Source: Bacteroidales bacterium
GTDB taxonomy: Bacteria > Bacteroidota > Bacteroidia > Bacteroidales > 4484-276
Length of the DNA stretch: 40,205 nt
NCBI GenBank assembly: GCA_021740425.1
Contig: JAIOZV010000003.1
Location: 1-40,205, forward strand
Reading direction: 5' to 3'
Shown: positions 19,058-28,027 of the stretch, piece after piece
Layout: each line of letters begins with the position of its first letter
How positions within the stretch are numbered: the first letter of the stretch is position 1
Made by a program: the position numbers and the translations under genes
The notes under the pieces: model-generated
What the model was told of the DNA's origin: nothing
Seen by the model: the letters and a program-made list of their open reading frames with translations, nothing else
The model's database searches: none

Positions 19058-19094
19058 AAAAAATAAGACACAAATCATTTAGACCTGTGCCTTA
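19058..19094 (-). terminator. Intrinsic terminator after efp
   Basis: Minus strand TAAGGCACAGGTC-TAAAT-GATTTGTGTCTTA-TTTTTT. The 13-bp stem has three G:U pairs, so it pairs fully only on the minus strand. Confidence 0.7.
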
Positions 19095-19114
19095 ATTTAT
19101 CTTTTGATCACATT

Positions 19115-19681
19115 TTAGCTTTTCACTCTTTCCTGATAACTACCATTGCGGGTATCAACTTTAATTACCTCATCGGTATTGATGAAAAGTGGCACTTTAA
19201 CAATAGCACCGGTTTCGAGCGTAGCGTCTTTAAAGGTATTTGTTGCTGTGTTGCCTCTTTCGCCCGGTTCGGTATAAACAATTTTCAACTCAACGTTGGC
19301 CGGAAGTTCACAAAGCAAAGCGGTTTCGGTTTCTGCATGAAAAACAATTTCAGCGGTAGCACCTTCTTTCAGAAATTGCGGTGAATCGATCAGGCTTTCA
19401 GGAATGAAAGTTTGTTCATAGTTTTCGCTGTTCATAAAATGGTAATCTGTGCCGTCTTTATAAAGAAACTGATAAGAACGTCTTTCTACACGCTGAATAT
19501 CAATTTTAACACCTGCATTAAAGGTATTGGGTATTACTTTCCCTGTTTTGATGTTTTTGAGTTTTGTTCTAACAAATGCTCCGCCTTTACCCGGTTTTAC
19601 GTGCTGAAACTCAACGATTGAATAAAGGTCATCATTAAAATTAATTACCAATCCATTTCTAAAATCTGCTGTTGTAGCCAT
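19115..19681 (-). CDS. efp: Elongation factor P
   Basis: HVKPGKGGAFVRTKLKN, TEPGERGNT, ATLETGA.V.VPLFI and DTR.G.Y.ER. Confidence 0.98.
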   Translation of the reverse strand: MATTADFRNGLVINFNDDLYSIVEFQHVKPGKGGAFVRTKLKNIKTGKVIPNTFNAGVKIDIQRVERRSYQFLYKDGTDYHFMNSENYEQTFIPESLIDSPQFLKEGATAEIVFHAETETALLCELPANVELKIVYTEPGERGNTATNTFKDATLETGAIVKVPLFINTDEVIKVDTRNGSYQERVKS

Positions 19682-19765
19682 AAATAATCAGTTGATTTTG
19701 TTTTAATTTATTTTCAATTTTTTATTGTTTCTATTTTCAATTTTCACCTTCAAAAAAAGGGGACA

Positions 19766-20557
19766 CTATTTTCTCTCAAGCCTGCCATATCCTTTCATCA
19801 GGCCTCTGGTTGATTTCTGAATGAAAGTAAGGATTTCATCGCGGTCGGGTGTGGCAGGCACATCGGCTTCAATGATTGCAGTGGCCTGGGTTACGTTATA
19901 GTCTTTGAGGTATATTGTACGGTAAATATCCTGAATGGCATTTATTCTTTCATTAGAAAATCCTCGCCGGCGCAATCCAACCGAGTTGATGCCAACATAG
20001 GATAATGGCTCCCTTGCTCCTTTTGTAAAAGGAGGTACATCTTTGCGCACAAGGCAACCGCCCGAAAGAAAACTATGCGCCCCAACCTGCACAAATTGAT
20101 GCACAGCAGTCATACCGCCTATGATCGCATAGTCGTCGATGGTGATGTGGCCTGCAAGGGTTGCTGCATTGGCCAGAATCACATTATTACCAATAATGCA
20201 ATCGTGGGCTATGTGAACGTACGCCATTAAAAGGCAGTTGTTGCCAATAACGGTTTCGTTGTTTGCTTTTGTTCCGCGGTTAATGGTAACAAATTCACGA
20301 ACAGTCACATTGTCACCAATTTTTACAAGAGTGTCTTCACCATCAAATTTCAGATCCTGAGGAATGGCTGAAATTACTGCCCCGGGAAATACTTTACAAT
20401 TCTTTCCAATTCGGGCACCTTCCATAATTGTAACATTTGAACCTATCCAGGTTCCTTCGCCGATCTCAACATTTTTTTCGATGTTAACAAAGGGTTCAAT
20501 TACCACATTTTTAGCAACTTTTGCTTGTGGGTGAACGTATGCAAGTGGTTGATTCAT
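19766..20557 (-). CDS. lpxA: UDP-N-acetylglucosamine O-acyltransferase
   Basis: PQDLKF, REFVTINRGT, MAYVHIAHDC, LAGH, VHQF and GINSVGLRRRGF. Confidence 0.97.
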   Translation of the reverse strand: MNQPLAYVHPQAKVAKNVVIEPFVNIEKNVEIGEGTWIGSNVTIMEGARIGKNCKVFPGAVISAIPQDLKFDGEDTLVKIGDNVTVREFVTINRGTKANNETVIGNNCLLMAYVHIAHDCIIGNNVILANAATLAGHITIDDYAIIGGMTAVHQFVQVGAHSFLSGGCLVRKDVPPFTKGAREPLSYVGINSVGLRRRGFSNERINAIQDIYRTIYLKDYNVTQATAIIEADVPATPDRDEILTFIQKSTRGLMKGYGRLERK

Positions 20558-20561
20558 CCTA

Positions 20562-21950
20562 TTAATCTTTTTTTACCAAACGTGCTAACATGCGCGCTTC
20601 CATTACTAATTTTTTCCCAACATAGGCCGATCCATCCATGTAAACCAAACCTCTGCGAATGGGGTTGATCAACTTGAGCTGAAACAAAATGGTATCGCCC
20701 GGAACAACTTTATTTCTGAATTTAACTTCTTCGATTTTTAAAAAAAGAGTCAGATAATTTTCGGGGTCGGGAACTGAATTGAGGGCTAAAACGCCTCCAA
20801 CCTGCGCCATAGCTTCAATTTGGAGCACCCCCGGCATAACCGGCTCACCGGGAAAATGCCCTACAAAAAAGCCTTCATTCATGGTTACACTTTTTATGCC
20901 GATCACATCAGTCTTGCTCATTTCCATGATTTTATCAACCAGCAAAAAGGGAGGCCGGTGAGGCAAAAACTTCATGATTTTATTGATGTCGAATAAAGGT
21001 TCCTGATCAGGGTCATAAACAGGTATTTTGGCCATATCTGTCTTTTCGAAATGCTTTTTGATGACTTTTGCAAATTCAACATTTGCAGCATGGCCGGGCT
21101 TTGTGGCAATAATGTGGCCTTTGATTCGCTTCCCGGCAAGGCTTAAATCGCCAATTACATCCAGCAGTTTATGCCTTGCAGGTTCGTTTTGAAAATAAAG
21201 GTCAAGGTTATTCAGGATGCCCTCAGTTTTTACTGCGACTTTGGGTTTATTAAACAATTCGGCCAAACGATCGAGCTCATCCTGTGAAACTACTTTGTTT
21301 ACAAATACAATGGCATTGCTCAGATCGCCTCCTTTAATCAGGTCGTTGCGAAGCAAATACTCCAATTCATGCAAAAATACGAATGTGCGACAAGGTGCAA
21401 TCGTAGTTTCGTAATCGGCAAAATTATCAAGATTTGCATTTTGGGTTGAAAGCACTGTGGTATTAAAATCGATCATCACCGAAAGCTTGTAATCCCTGGC
21501 AGGCAAGGCAATCAATTCGATGGATTTCTCAGGGTCTGAATATTTAAGCACTGTGTCGATTTCGTAGTATTCACGCTCGGCATCCTGCTCTAAGATTCCT
21601 GATTCTTTGATGGCTTCAACAAAATATTTTGCGCTACCGTCTTTAATAGGCATTTCGGGCCCGTCAATTTCAAGGAGACAGTTGTCGATGTCCATCCCTG
21701 TGAGTGCAGAAAGTGCATGTTCGATGGTGTAAATAATTGCTCCGTTTTTTTCGAGGCAGGTTCCTCTGTCGGTGCTTGTTACATTTTCGACAGAAGCTTC
21801 AACATGGGGCTGCCCTTCAAGGTCGATGCGTTTGAAAACAAACCCATGATTGGGGGGAGCCGGTTTTAGGGTAAGATTTACCCTGGCACCTGTATGCAAA
21901 CCTAAACCAGAAATTGTAACCTGCTTACCAATAGTTTTTTGTAATGTCAT
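20562..21950 (-). CDS. lpxC: Bifunctional LpxC deacetylase / FabZ dehydratase
   Basis: LpxC motifs GLGLHTG, TIEH.LSAL and RHKLLDVIGDL; FabZ motifs LPHRPPFLLVD and HFPGEPVMPGVLQIEAMAQ. ATG at 21950 preferred over GTG at 21959. Confidence 0.96.
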   Translation of the reverse strand: MTLQKTIGKQVTISGLGLHTGARVNLTLKPAPPNHGFVFKRIDLEGQPHVEASVENVTSTDRGTCLEKNGAIIYTIEHALSALTGMDIDNCLLEIDGPEMPIKDGSAKYFVEAIKESGILEQDAEREYYEIDTVLKYSDPEKSIELIALPARDYKLSVMIDFNTTVLSTQNANLDNFADYETTIAPCRTFVFLHELEYLLRNDLIKGGDLSNAIVFVNKVVSQDELDRLAELFNKPKVAVKTEGILNNLDLYFQNEPARHKLLDVIGDLSLAGKRIKGHIIATKPGHAANVEFAKVIKKHFEKTDMAKIPVYDPDQEPLFDINKIMKFLPHRPPFLLVDKIMEMSKTDVIGIKSVTMNEGFFVGHFPGEPVMPGVLQIEAMAQVGGVLALNSVPDPENYLTLFLKIEEVKFRNKVVPGDTILFQLKLINPIRRGLVYMDGSAYVGKKLVMEARMLARLVKKD

Positions 21951-22126
21951 GATGATCACAAAATTGATTGAACAATGATTAAATCAATAAATTTAACTGT
22001 GCAATATTACGAGAGGGTTTGTCAAAAAAAACTGATTGAATAAAAACTGATTATTTAATTTAACCATCAAATTTCCGAAAATACGGGGCTAAAAAATACC
22101 CTACCCAAGGCACAAATTTTGGTTTG

Positions 22127-22134
22127 CAAAAGTA
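22127..22134 (-). promoter_or_regulatory. Bacteroidota -7 box (TACTTTTG) upstream of lpxC-fabZ
   Basis: Exact match on the minus strand in the lpxD/lpxC spacer. Confidence 0.55.
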
Positions 22135-22192
22135 TTAAAATTTTAACATTTAGGTTTTTATGAAGATAAAATGACAGCATAAATAGGATAAT

Positions 22193-23221
22193 TTAAGAAT
22201 TTTGACCTGAATTTTTCTCCAGCTTGTCTATTCGGCCAACAATTTTCTGGAGGTTACGAAAATGAACGTAAGCCCTCCGGTATTCGCGGGCATCAAAGGC
22301 AGGAGATCCGAAAATTATCAAATCTTCCTTCACCGAAGCGCTTACTCCTGATTGGGCAGCAATTTTAACATTATCTCCGATTTTTATATGTCCGATAATC
22401 CCTACCTGCGCAGCTATGAGGCAATTTTTACCAACCTTTGTTGATCCGGCAATGCCTGATTGTGCTGCAATAATGGTATTCTCGCCAATCTCCACGTTAT
22501 GTCCGATTTGTATCAGGTTATCCAGTTTTACACCTTTACGGATGATTGTTGAACCAAGAGTAGCTCTGTCGATCGTGGTGTTTGCCCCGATTTCAACATT
22601 GTCTTCAAGAATTACATTCCCGATTTGAGCAATCTTCATATAGTTGCTGTCGCTTTGTGGTGCAAAGCCAAACCCGTCAGCACCTATCACAGCTCCTGAG
22701 TGAATTACACAATCTGCTCCTATGATTATATCAGAATATATTTTTACCCCTGCATAAAGTGTTGTGCCCGAACCAACTGTTGTGTTGTCGCCAATATATG
22801 TTTGTGGGTAAATTTTTACCCTGTCACCAATTTCCACATTTTCGCCAATAACTGCCTGATCTCCGATGTAAACATCTTTACCAATTTTGGCGGTTTCGGC
22901 AATGGATGCATTTTTTGATATGCCCTTTTTATCCAGCTTTATTTTGTTGTAAACTTCGAGTAAGGAGGCAAATGCGCTGTAAGGATCAGAAACTCTGATC
23001 AAGGTGGGTTTTACCGGAAAATCTGCCTTAAAATCATCTCCAACAATAACAATGGAGGCAGCAGACTGGTAAACAAATTGGGTGTATTTAGGATTTGCAA
23101 GAAAAGAAATGGAACCGGGAAGGCCTTCTTCGATTTTTGCAAGTTTATGAACGCTTACATTTTCATCGCCTTCGATGCTTCCATTAAGAATTTTAGCAAT
23201 TTCCTTTGCCTTAAAAATCAT
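22193..23221 (-). CDS. lpxD: UDP-3-O-(3-hydroxyacyl)glucosamine N-acyltransferase
   Basis: [36 protein letters not shown] and [12 protein letters not shown]. Confidence 0.96.
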   Translation of the reverse strand: MIFKAKEIAKILNGSIEGDENVSVHKLAKIEEGLPGSISFLANPKYTQFVYQSAASIVIVGDDFKADFPVKPTLIRVSDPYSAFASLLEVYNKIKLDKKGISKNASIAETAKIGKDVYIGDQAVIGENVEIGDRVKIYPQTYIGDNTTVGSGTTLYAGVKIYSDIIIGADCVIHSGAVIGADGFGFAPQSDSNYMKIAQIGNVILEDNVEIGANTTIDRATLGSTIIRKGVKLDNLIQIGHNVEIGENTIIAAQSGIAGSTKVGKNCLIAAQVGIIGHIKIGDNVKIAAQSGVSASVKEDLIIFGSPAFDAREYRRAYVHFRNLQKIVGRIDKLEKNSGQNS

Positions 23222-23293
23222 ACCAGTATGTTCAAATTATACAATCATAAAGTGGCGCAATTTACAGATTATTCGATTATTAACAATAAATGT

Positions 23294-24556
23294 TTAAAAT
23301 TGAACACTTGCATCAAATTCCTTCGGATAGCATACAAAATATTTAACAATGGTTTTTGACAATACTGATGCATTGATTTGATCTGAAACATCCGAATAAT
23401 TTTTCACTATGCCGTTACGAAACAAAATATTGATCCGATCGTGGAGGGGGTTGTATGCGCTGTTGTGTGCCTCATCCGATATTATAAAATAAGCTGCTTC
23501 ATCAGCGCTCAAACCGTAAGCGCTGCAAATGCTTTTTTTTAGAGTAACTACTGTTTGTTCATCAACCGGTTGGCTAAGAATTTCGGTTCTGAAAAGGTTG
23601 CGTTGTACAAGATTTTTGCACAAAGTGGAAAGTACCTTATCTTTTGAAAATACCCATTCTTTGATGGAAGTGTAAACATCAAAATCATCCAGTCCTGCAA
23701 AATTTTCAAGATGAGCCTCATCATTTTCAAATTCATTTTTTCCAATATGCCGGTTTAAAAAAGGCCGCAATGCGCTTGTGGTAAAAATATGCTCACCGTT
23801 CATTGCCAAATACCGGGCTCGCCTGATGATATTTACCAGCATGTGCTCGGCAGCAAGCACGGTTTTGTGCAGATAAACCTGCCAGTACATCAAGCGGCGG
23901 GCAACAATGAATTTATCGATAGAGTAAATGCCTTTGGCTTCAACCACAAGGCCATCGTCAACAACATCAAGCATTTTTATAATACGGTCGGTATTGATTA
24001 CCCCCTCAGATACGCCTGTAAAAAAACTATCTCTTTTTAAATAGTCGAGCCTGTCCATGTCGAGCTGACCGGAAACTAACTGATGAAGAAATTTCTTAGG
24101 ATGGTTTCCTTCAAAAATGGCTATGGCGACATTCATCACATCCCCAATTTCTATTTTCAGGGCCTTCATAAACAGCAGGGATAATTCTTCATGGCTGAGC
24201 TTGTAAACCAGCAAACTTTCGAGGGTGTGCGAATAGGGTCCGTGGCCTGCATCATGCAAAAGAATGGCGATGTAAACTCCCAAAGCTTCATCGCCGGTTA
24301 TTTCATTCCCCTTCGACCTGAGCACTTCCACTGCCTGCATCATCAAATTCATGGCACCAATCACATGATGAAAACGGGTGTGCAAAGCTCCGGGATAAAC
24401 CAAATGCGTAAGCCCCAGTTGTTTGATGCGCCTCAGCCTTTGAAAATAGCGGTGTTCGATAATGTCGAATATGGCTTCGTCGGGGAGGGTAATGAATCCA
24501 TATACAGGATCATTTATGATTTTTCTTTTATTATGTGGCCTGATGTTCACTTTCAA
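23294..24556 (-). CDS. HD-domain phosphohydrolase (dNTP triphosphohydrolase-like)
   Basis: DPVYG, FQRLRRIKQLG, HTRFHH, LLHDAGHGPYSH and LDMDRLDYLKRD. Start uncertain (TTG 24556 or GTG 24550). Confidence 0.9.
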   Translation of the reverse strand: MKVNIRPHNKRKIINDPVYGFITLPDEAIFDIIEHRYFQRLRRIKQLGLTHLVYPGALHTRFHHVIGAMNLMMQAVEVLRSKGNEITGDEALGVYIAILLHDAGHGPYSHTLESLLVYKLSHEELSLLFMKALKIEIGDVMNVAIAIFEGNHPKKFLHQLVSGQLDMDRLDYLKRDSFFTGVSEGVINTDRIIKMLDVVDDGLVVEAKGIYSIDKFIVARRLMYWQVYLHKTVLAAEHMLVNIIRRARYLAMNGEHIFTTSALRPFLNRHIGKNEFENDEAHLENFAGLDDFDVYTSIKEWVFSKDKVLSTLCKNLVQRNLFRTEILSQPVDEQTVVTLKKSICSAYGLSADEAAYFIISDEAHNSAYNPLHDRINILFRNGIVKNYSDVSDQINASVLSKTIVKYFVCYPKEFDASVQF

Positions 24557-24617
24557 ACGATGAGGTTAAAAATTATTAAGACAATGAAATAATAAGCTGT
24601 TTATGCTTGTTAAATGA

Positions 24618-24625
24618 TAACTTTG
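24618..24625 (+). promoter_or_regulatory. Bacteroidota -7 box (TAACTTTG) for porX
   Basis: Exact match 42 nt before the ATG. Confidence 0.6.
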
Positions 24626-24667
24626 AGAAAAACAAAAATACATCTAATAATTAAACCTCCTTTATAA

Positions 24668-26221
24668 ATGGATAAAATCAAAATTTTATGGGCAGATGAT
24701 GAAATCGATCTTTTAAGACCGCATATCATTTTCCTGGAACAAAAAGGCTACGATGTTTTCACTTCAAACAATGGTGATGAAGCACTTGATATGTTAAAAG
24801 AACAAGCCTTCGACATTGTTTTTCTGGATGAAAATATGCCGGGGATGTCGGGAATCGAGGTGCTTGCCGAGATCAAAACCCTGCAACCAAACCTGCCTGT
24901 GGTGATGATTACCAAAAGTGAAGAAGAATCCATCATGGAAGATGCCATCGGCTCGAATATCGCCGATTATCTTATCAAACCGGTAAAACCCAACCAAATA
25001 TTGCTAAGTCTTAAAAAAAATCTTGAAAACCAAAAAATCGTCAGCGAAAAGAAAACCTATGGTTATCAGCAGGATTTTCGCAACATCGGTATGGAATTGT
25101 CCAACAATCTCAGCCATCAGGAATGGGTTGAAGTGTATAAAAAAATAACCAGATGGGAACTCGACCTGGCAAAATCGGCTGATGAGGGAATTATGGAAGT
25201 TTTGAAGATGCAAAAAGAAGAGGCCAATCAGGTTTTTTCCAAATTCATCGACCGCAATTATATAAATTGGATCAATGGCCGCGAAAGCGACAAACCTGTA
25301 TTATCGCATACTTTGCTTAAAGAAAAGGTACTGCCCAATCTGGATAAAAATTCGAATACTTTCCTCATACTCATCGACAACCTGCGCTATGACCAATGGA
25401 AAGTTTTGCAGCCCCTCTTCGAACAATATTTCCGCATCGAAAGCGATGATATTTATTACAGCATATTGCCAACAACTACACAATACGCCCGCAATGCCTT
25501 ATTTTCGGGGTTGTTGCCTTCAGAAATCGAAAAAAAATACCGCAATTACTGGGTAAATGAAGATGAAGAAGGTACCAAAAATCAGTACGAGGAAGAGCTG
25601 CTCACCGAGCAATTGAAACGCTGGGGAAAAGACATCAAATTATCTTACCACAAAATCCTGAACCTTACCGCAGGGCGCAAACTGGTTGATTCGATGCCAA
25701 ACCTGATGCAGAACAACCTCAATGTAATTGTTTACAATTTTGTGGATATGCTGTCGCATGCCCGTACCGAAATGGAAATTATCCGTGAACTTGCTGATGA
25801 TGAGCCGGCTTACCGCTCAATTACCATTTCGTGGTTCGAACATTCACCATTGTTCGATATCATGCGCTTTATTGCAAGCAAGGGATTGAATCTGATTTTA
25901 ACTACCGACCATGGCTCCGTGCGGGTTCAAAATCCGGTAAAAGTGGTTGGCGACCGCAACACCAACACCAACCTGCGCTACAAAACCGGCAGAAGCCTGA
26001 ACTACAACAAAAAGGAAGTTTTTGAAGTTAGAAATCCCGAAGATATATACCTGCCAAAGCTTAACATCAGCTCATCATACATCTTTTGCGACAGTTACGA
26101 CTTTTTTGCCTATCCCAACAATTATAATTACTACGTTAATTATTACAAAAATACCTTCCAGCATGGTGGCATTTCGCTGGAAGAGATGTTGATTCCATTC
26201 ATAAAAATGCGTGCAAAATAA
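24668..26221 (+). CDS. porX: PorX-type response regulator (receiver plus PglZ/alkaline-phosphatase-like domain)
   Basis: Receiver ILWADDE...FLDENMPG...MITKSEEE...KP; PglZ motifs IDNLRYDQW, ILPTTTQYARN, TTDHG and FQHGGISLEEM. Followed by tsaE. Confidence 0.92.
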   Translation: MDKIKILWADDEIDLLRPHIIFLEQKGYDVFTSNNGDEALDMLKEQAFDIVFLDENMPGMSGIEVLAEIKTLQPNLPVVMITKSEEESIMEDAIGSNIADYLIKPVKPNQILLSLKKNLENQKIVSEKKTYGYQQDFRNIGMELSNNLSHQEWVEVYKKITRWELDLAKSADEGIMEVLKMQKEEANQVFSKFIDRNYINWINGRESDKPVLSHTLLKEKVLPNLDKNSNTFLILIDNLRYDQWKVLQPLFEQYFRIESDDIYYSILPTTTQYARNALFSGLLPSEIEKKYRNYWVNEDEEGTKNQYEEELLTEQLKRWGKDIKLSYHKILNLTAGRKLVDSMPNLMQNNLNVIVYNFVDMLSHARTEMEIIRELADDEPAYRSITISWFEHSPLFDIMRFIASKGLNLILTTDHGSVRVQNPVKVVGDRNTNTNLRYKTGRSLNYNKKEVFEVRNPEDIYLPKLNISSSYIFCDSYDFFAYPNNYNYYVNYYKNTFQHGGISLEEMLIPFIKMRAK

Positions 26222-26255
26222 ACTTGTCAGTCCTACTCAATACTTTTCGAACCAG

Positions 26256-26678
26256 ATGATGTCTGCCCGCTATATTGCAAAGTCGCCAAGGGATTTGCCT
26301 GAGATTGCTCAAGCCTTGCTAACTAAATATCCCGATCCGGGTGTGTTTGCATTTTATGGGAAAATGGGTGCAGGCAAAACGACTTTTATCCGAGAAATCT
26401 GCAATGCTTTAAAAGTTACAGATAATGTTTCGAGTCCAACATTTGCCATTATCAACGAGTATCATACAAGGGTTGAATCAAATGTTTATCATTTCGACTT
26501 TTACAGGATAAACAAACTTGCTGAAGCCATCGACCTGGGAACCGAAGAATACTTTTACAGCGATAACTATTGTCTGGTTGAATGGCCTGAGTTGATCGAA
26601 GATATTCTTCCGGATCAAGCCATTAAGGTAACCATTGAAGTAGATCCGGAAAATGATAGCAGAATCTTTTCATTTTAA
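26256..26678 (+). CDS. tsaE: tRNA threonylcarbamoyladenosine biosynthesis ATPase
   Basis: GKMGAGKTT P-loop, SSPTFAIINEY, YHFDFYR and VEWPE. Start set at ATG 26256 (or 26259). Confidence 0.95.
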   Translation: MMSARYIAKSPRDLPEIAQALLTKYPDPGVFAFYGKMGAGKTTFIREICNALKVTDNVSSPTFAIINEYHTRVESNVYHFDFYRINKLAEAIDLGTEEYFYSDNYCLVEWPELIEDILPDQAIKVTIEVDPENDSRIFSF

Positions 26679-26697
26679 AAGTAACAGTAATGTATTG

Positions 26698-26705
26698 TAT
26701 ATTTG
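26698..26705 (+). promoter_or_regulatory. Bacteroidota -7 box (TATATTTG) for ald
   Basis: Exact match 30 nt before the ATG. Confidence 0.55.
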
Positions 26706-26735
26706 GATGCTAAAAACGGATAAACATCAGGAAAA

Positions 26736-27935
26736 ATGAATCTACGCAGCAAAGGGCAAATGATGCCCAGAGAGGAAATGCTCGAGGTAGCAAGGAAAGG
26801 TAAAAAATTCTCGATCGGCTTACCCAAAGAAACTTCTTTTCAGGAACGGCGTATCGCACTGATACCGGATGCTGTAAACACACTGGTTGAAAATGGCCAC
26901 GAAGTTGTAATACAGCGCGAAGCAGGAATTGCAGCACATTTCACCGATAAGGACTATGCCGAAGCAGGTGCCCGGCTTGTTGAAACTGCCGAAGAAATAT
27001 TTAAATCGGACATTGTACTCAAAGTAGCGCCACTCTCGATGAATGAGATCAATTACATGAAGGGAACACAAACCCTGCTCAGTGCGCTCCACTTTAACGG
27101 TCGGAAGAAAGAATATTTTAAAACCCTGATGGGTAAAAAAATTACTGCAATCGCGTTCGAATACATCAAAGACAAATCCAATGCCTCACCTGTGGTAAAA
27201 TCGATAAGTGAAATTGCAGGAACTGCATCCATACAAATAGCAAGCGAATACCTAAGCCACGAAAAGTATGGCAATGGCCGAATGTTTGGAGGTTTTACAG
27301 GCATTTCGCCTTCAGAAGTTGTGATAATCGGTGCAGGAACAGTTGGAGAATATGCATGTAAAATGGCTCAGGGCATGGGTGCGCTTGTAAAGATATTCGA
27401 CAATTCGATATACAAACTACAACGACTGAAAGCCAACCTCAGCCCAAATCTTTTTACCTCTACCATACAACAATCCGAACTGCTAAAGGCGCTTAAAACC
27501 GCTGACGTGCTGATTTGTGCAGTACATTCCAAGTACCAGCGCTCGCCGGTAATCGTAAGCGAGGAAATGGTGAGCACCATGAAAGAGGGGGCTGTAATTA
27601 TTGATGTGAGCATCGATCAAGGCGGATGTGTTGAAACTTCAAGGGTAACTTCACACAACGATCCGGTTTTCAGTTTCGCGGGAGTAACCCACTATTGTGT
27701 TCCCAACATAGCCTCACGTTATCCGCAAACTGCATCCATAGCCATGAGCAACTTTTTTGCGCCCATGCTTATCAAAGCCGGGGAAATGGGAGGAATGGAT
27801 AAGTTACTGGGCATGGATTTTTATTTCAGACAAGGCGTTTATCTTTACAAGGGAACCCTTACCAACAAAATAATCGGCGACCAATTCGCCATGTCGTATC
27901 AGGATATCGATTTGCTGATGGCGGCATTTCATTGA
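26736..27935 (+). CDS. ald: Alanine dehydrogenase family protein
   Basis: IGLPKE...ERRIALIP, VLKV, ALH, AFE, SEIAG, Rossmann IIGAGTVG, IDVSIDQGGCVET and HYCVPNI. Confidence 0.88.
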   Translation: MNLRSKGQMMPREEMLEVARKGKKFSIGLPKETSFQERRIALIPDAVNTLVENGHEVVIQREAGIAAHFTDKDYAEAGARLVETAEEIFKSDIVLKVAPLSMNEINYMKGTQTLLSALHFNGRKKEYFKTLMGKKITAIAFEYIKDKSNASPVVKSISEIAGTASIQIASEYLSHEKYGNGRMFGGFTGISPSEVVIIGAGTVGEYACKMAQGMGALVKIFDNSIYKLQRLKANLSPNLFTSTIQQSELLKALKTADVLICAVHSKYQRSPVIVSEEMVSTMKEGAVIIDVSIDQGGCVETSRVTSHNDPVFSFAGVTHYCVPNIASRYPQTASIAMSNFFAPMLIKAGEMGGMDKLLGMDFYFRQGVYLYKGTLTNKIIGDQFAMSYQDIDLLMAAFH

Positions 27936-27968
27936 AACAGAAAACTCTTTTTTGTTCTGATAAAAATC

Positions 27969-28001
27969 AAAAATCCCGCCCATTACAGGCGGGATTTTTT
28001 T
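27969..28001. terminator. Bidirectional intrinsic terminator between ald and the giant T9SS gene
   Basis: AAAAATCCCGCC-CATTACA-GGCGGGATTTTTTT between convergent genes. Confidence 0.9.
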
Positions 28002-28027
28002 ATCAACAATTTAAGAAATGGTGAAAC

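Noticed and set aside
20562-21950. LpxC-FabZ fusion as a novelty
   Set aside because: This fusion is the normal arrangement in Bacteroidota.
24668-26221. PglZ domain as a sign of a BREX defence system
   Set aside because: The receiver-PglZ architecture next to tsaE is PorX, and no other brx genes are present.
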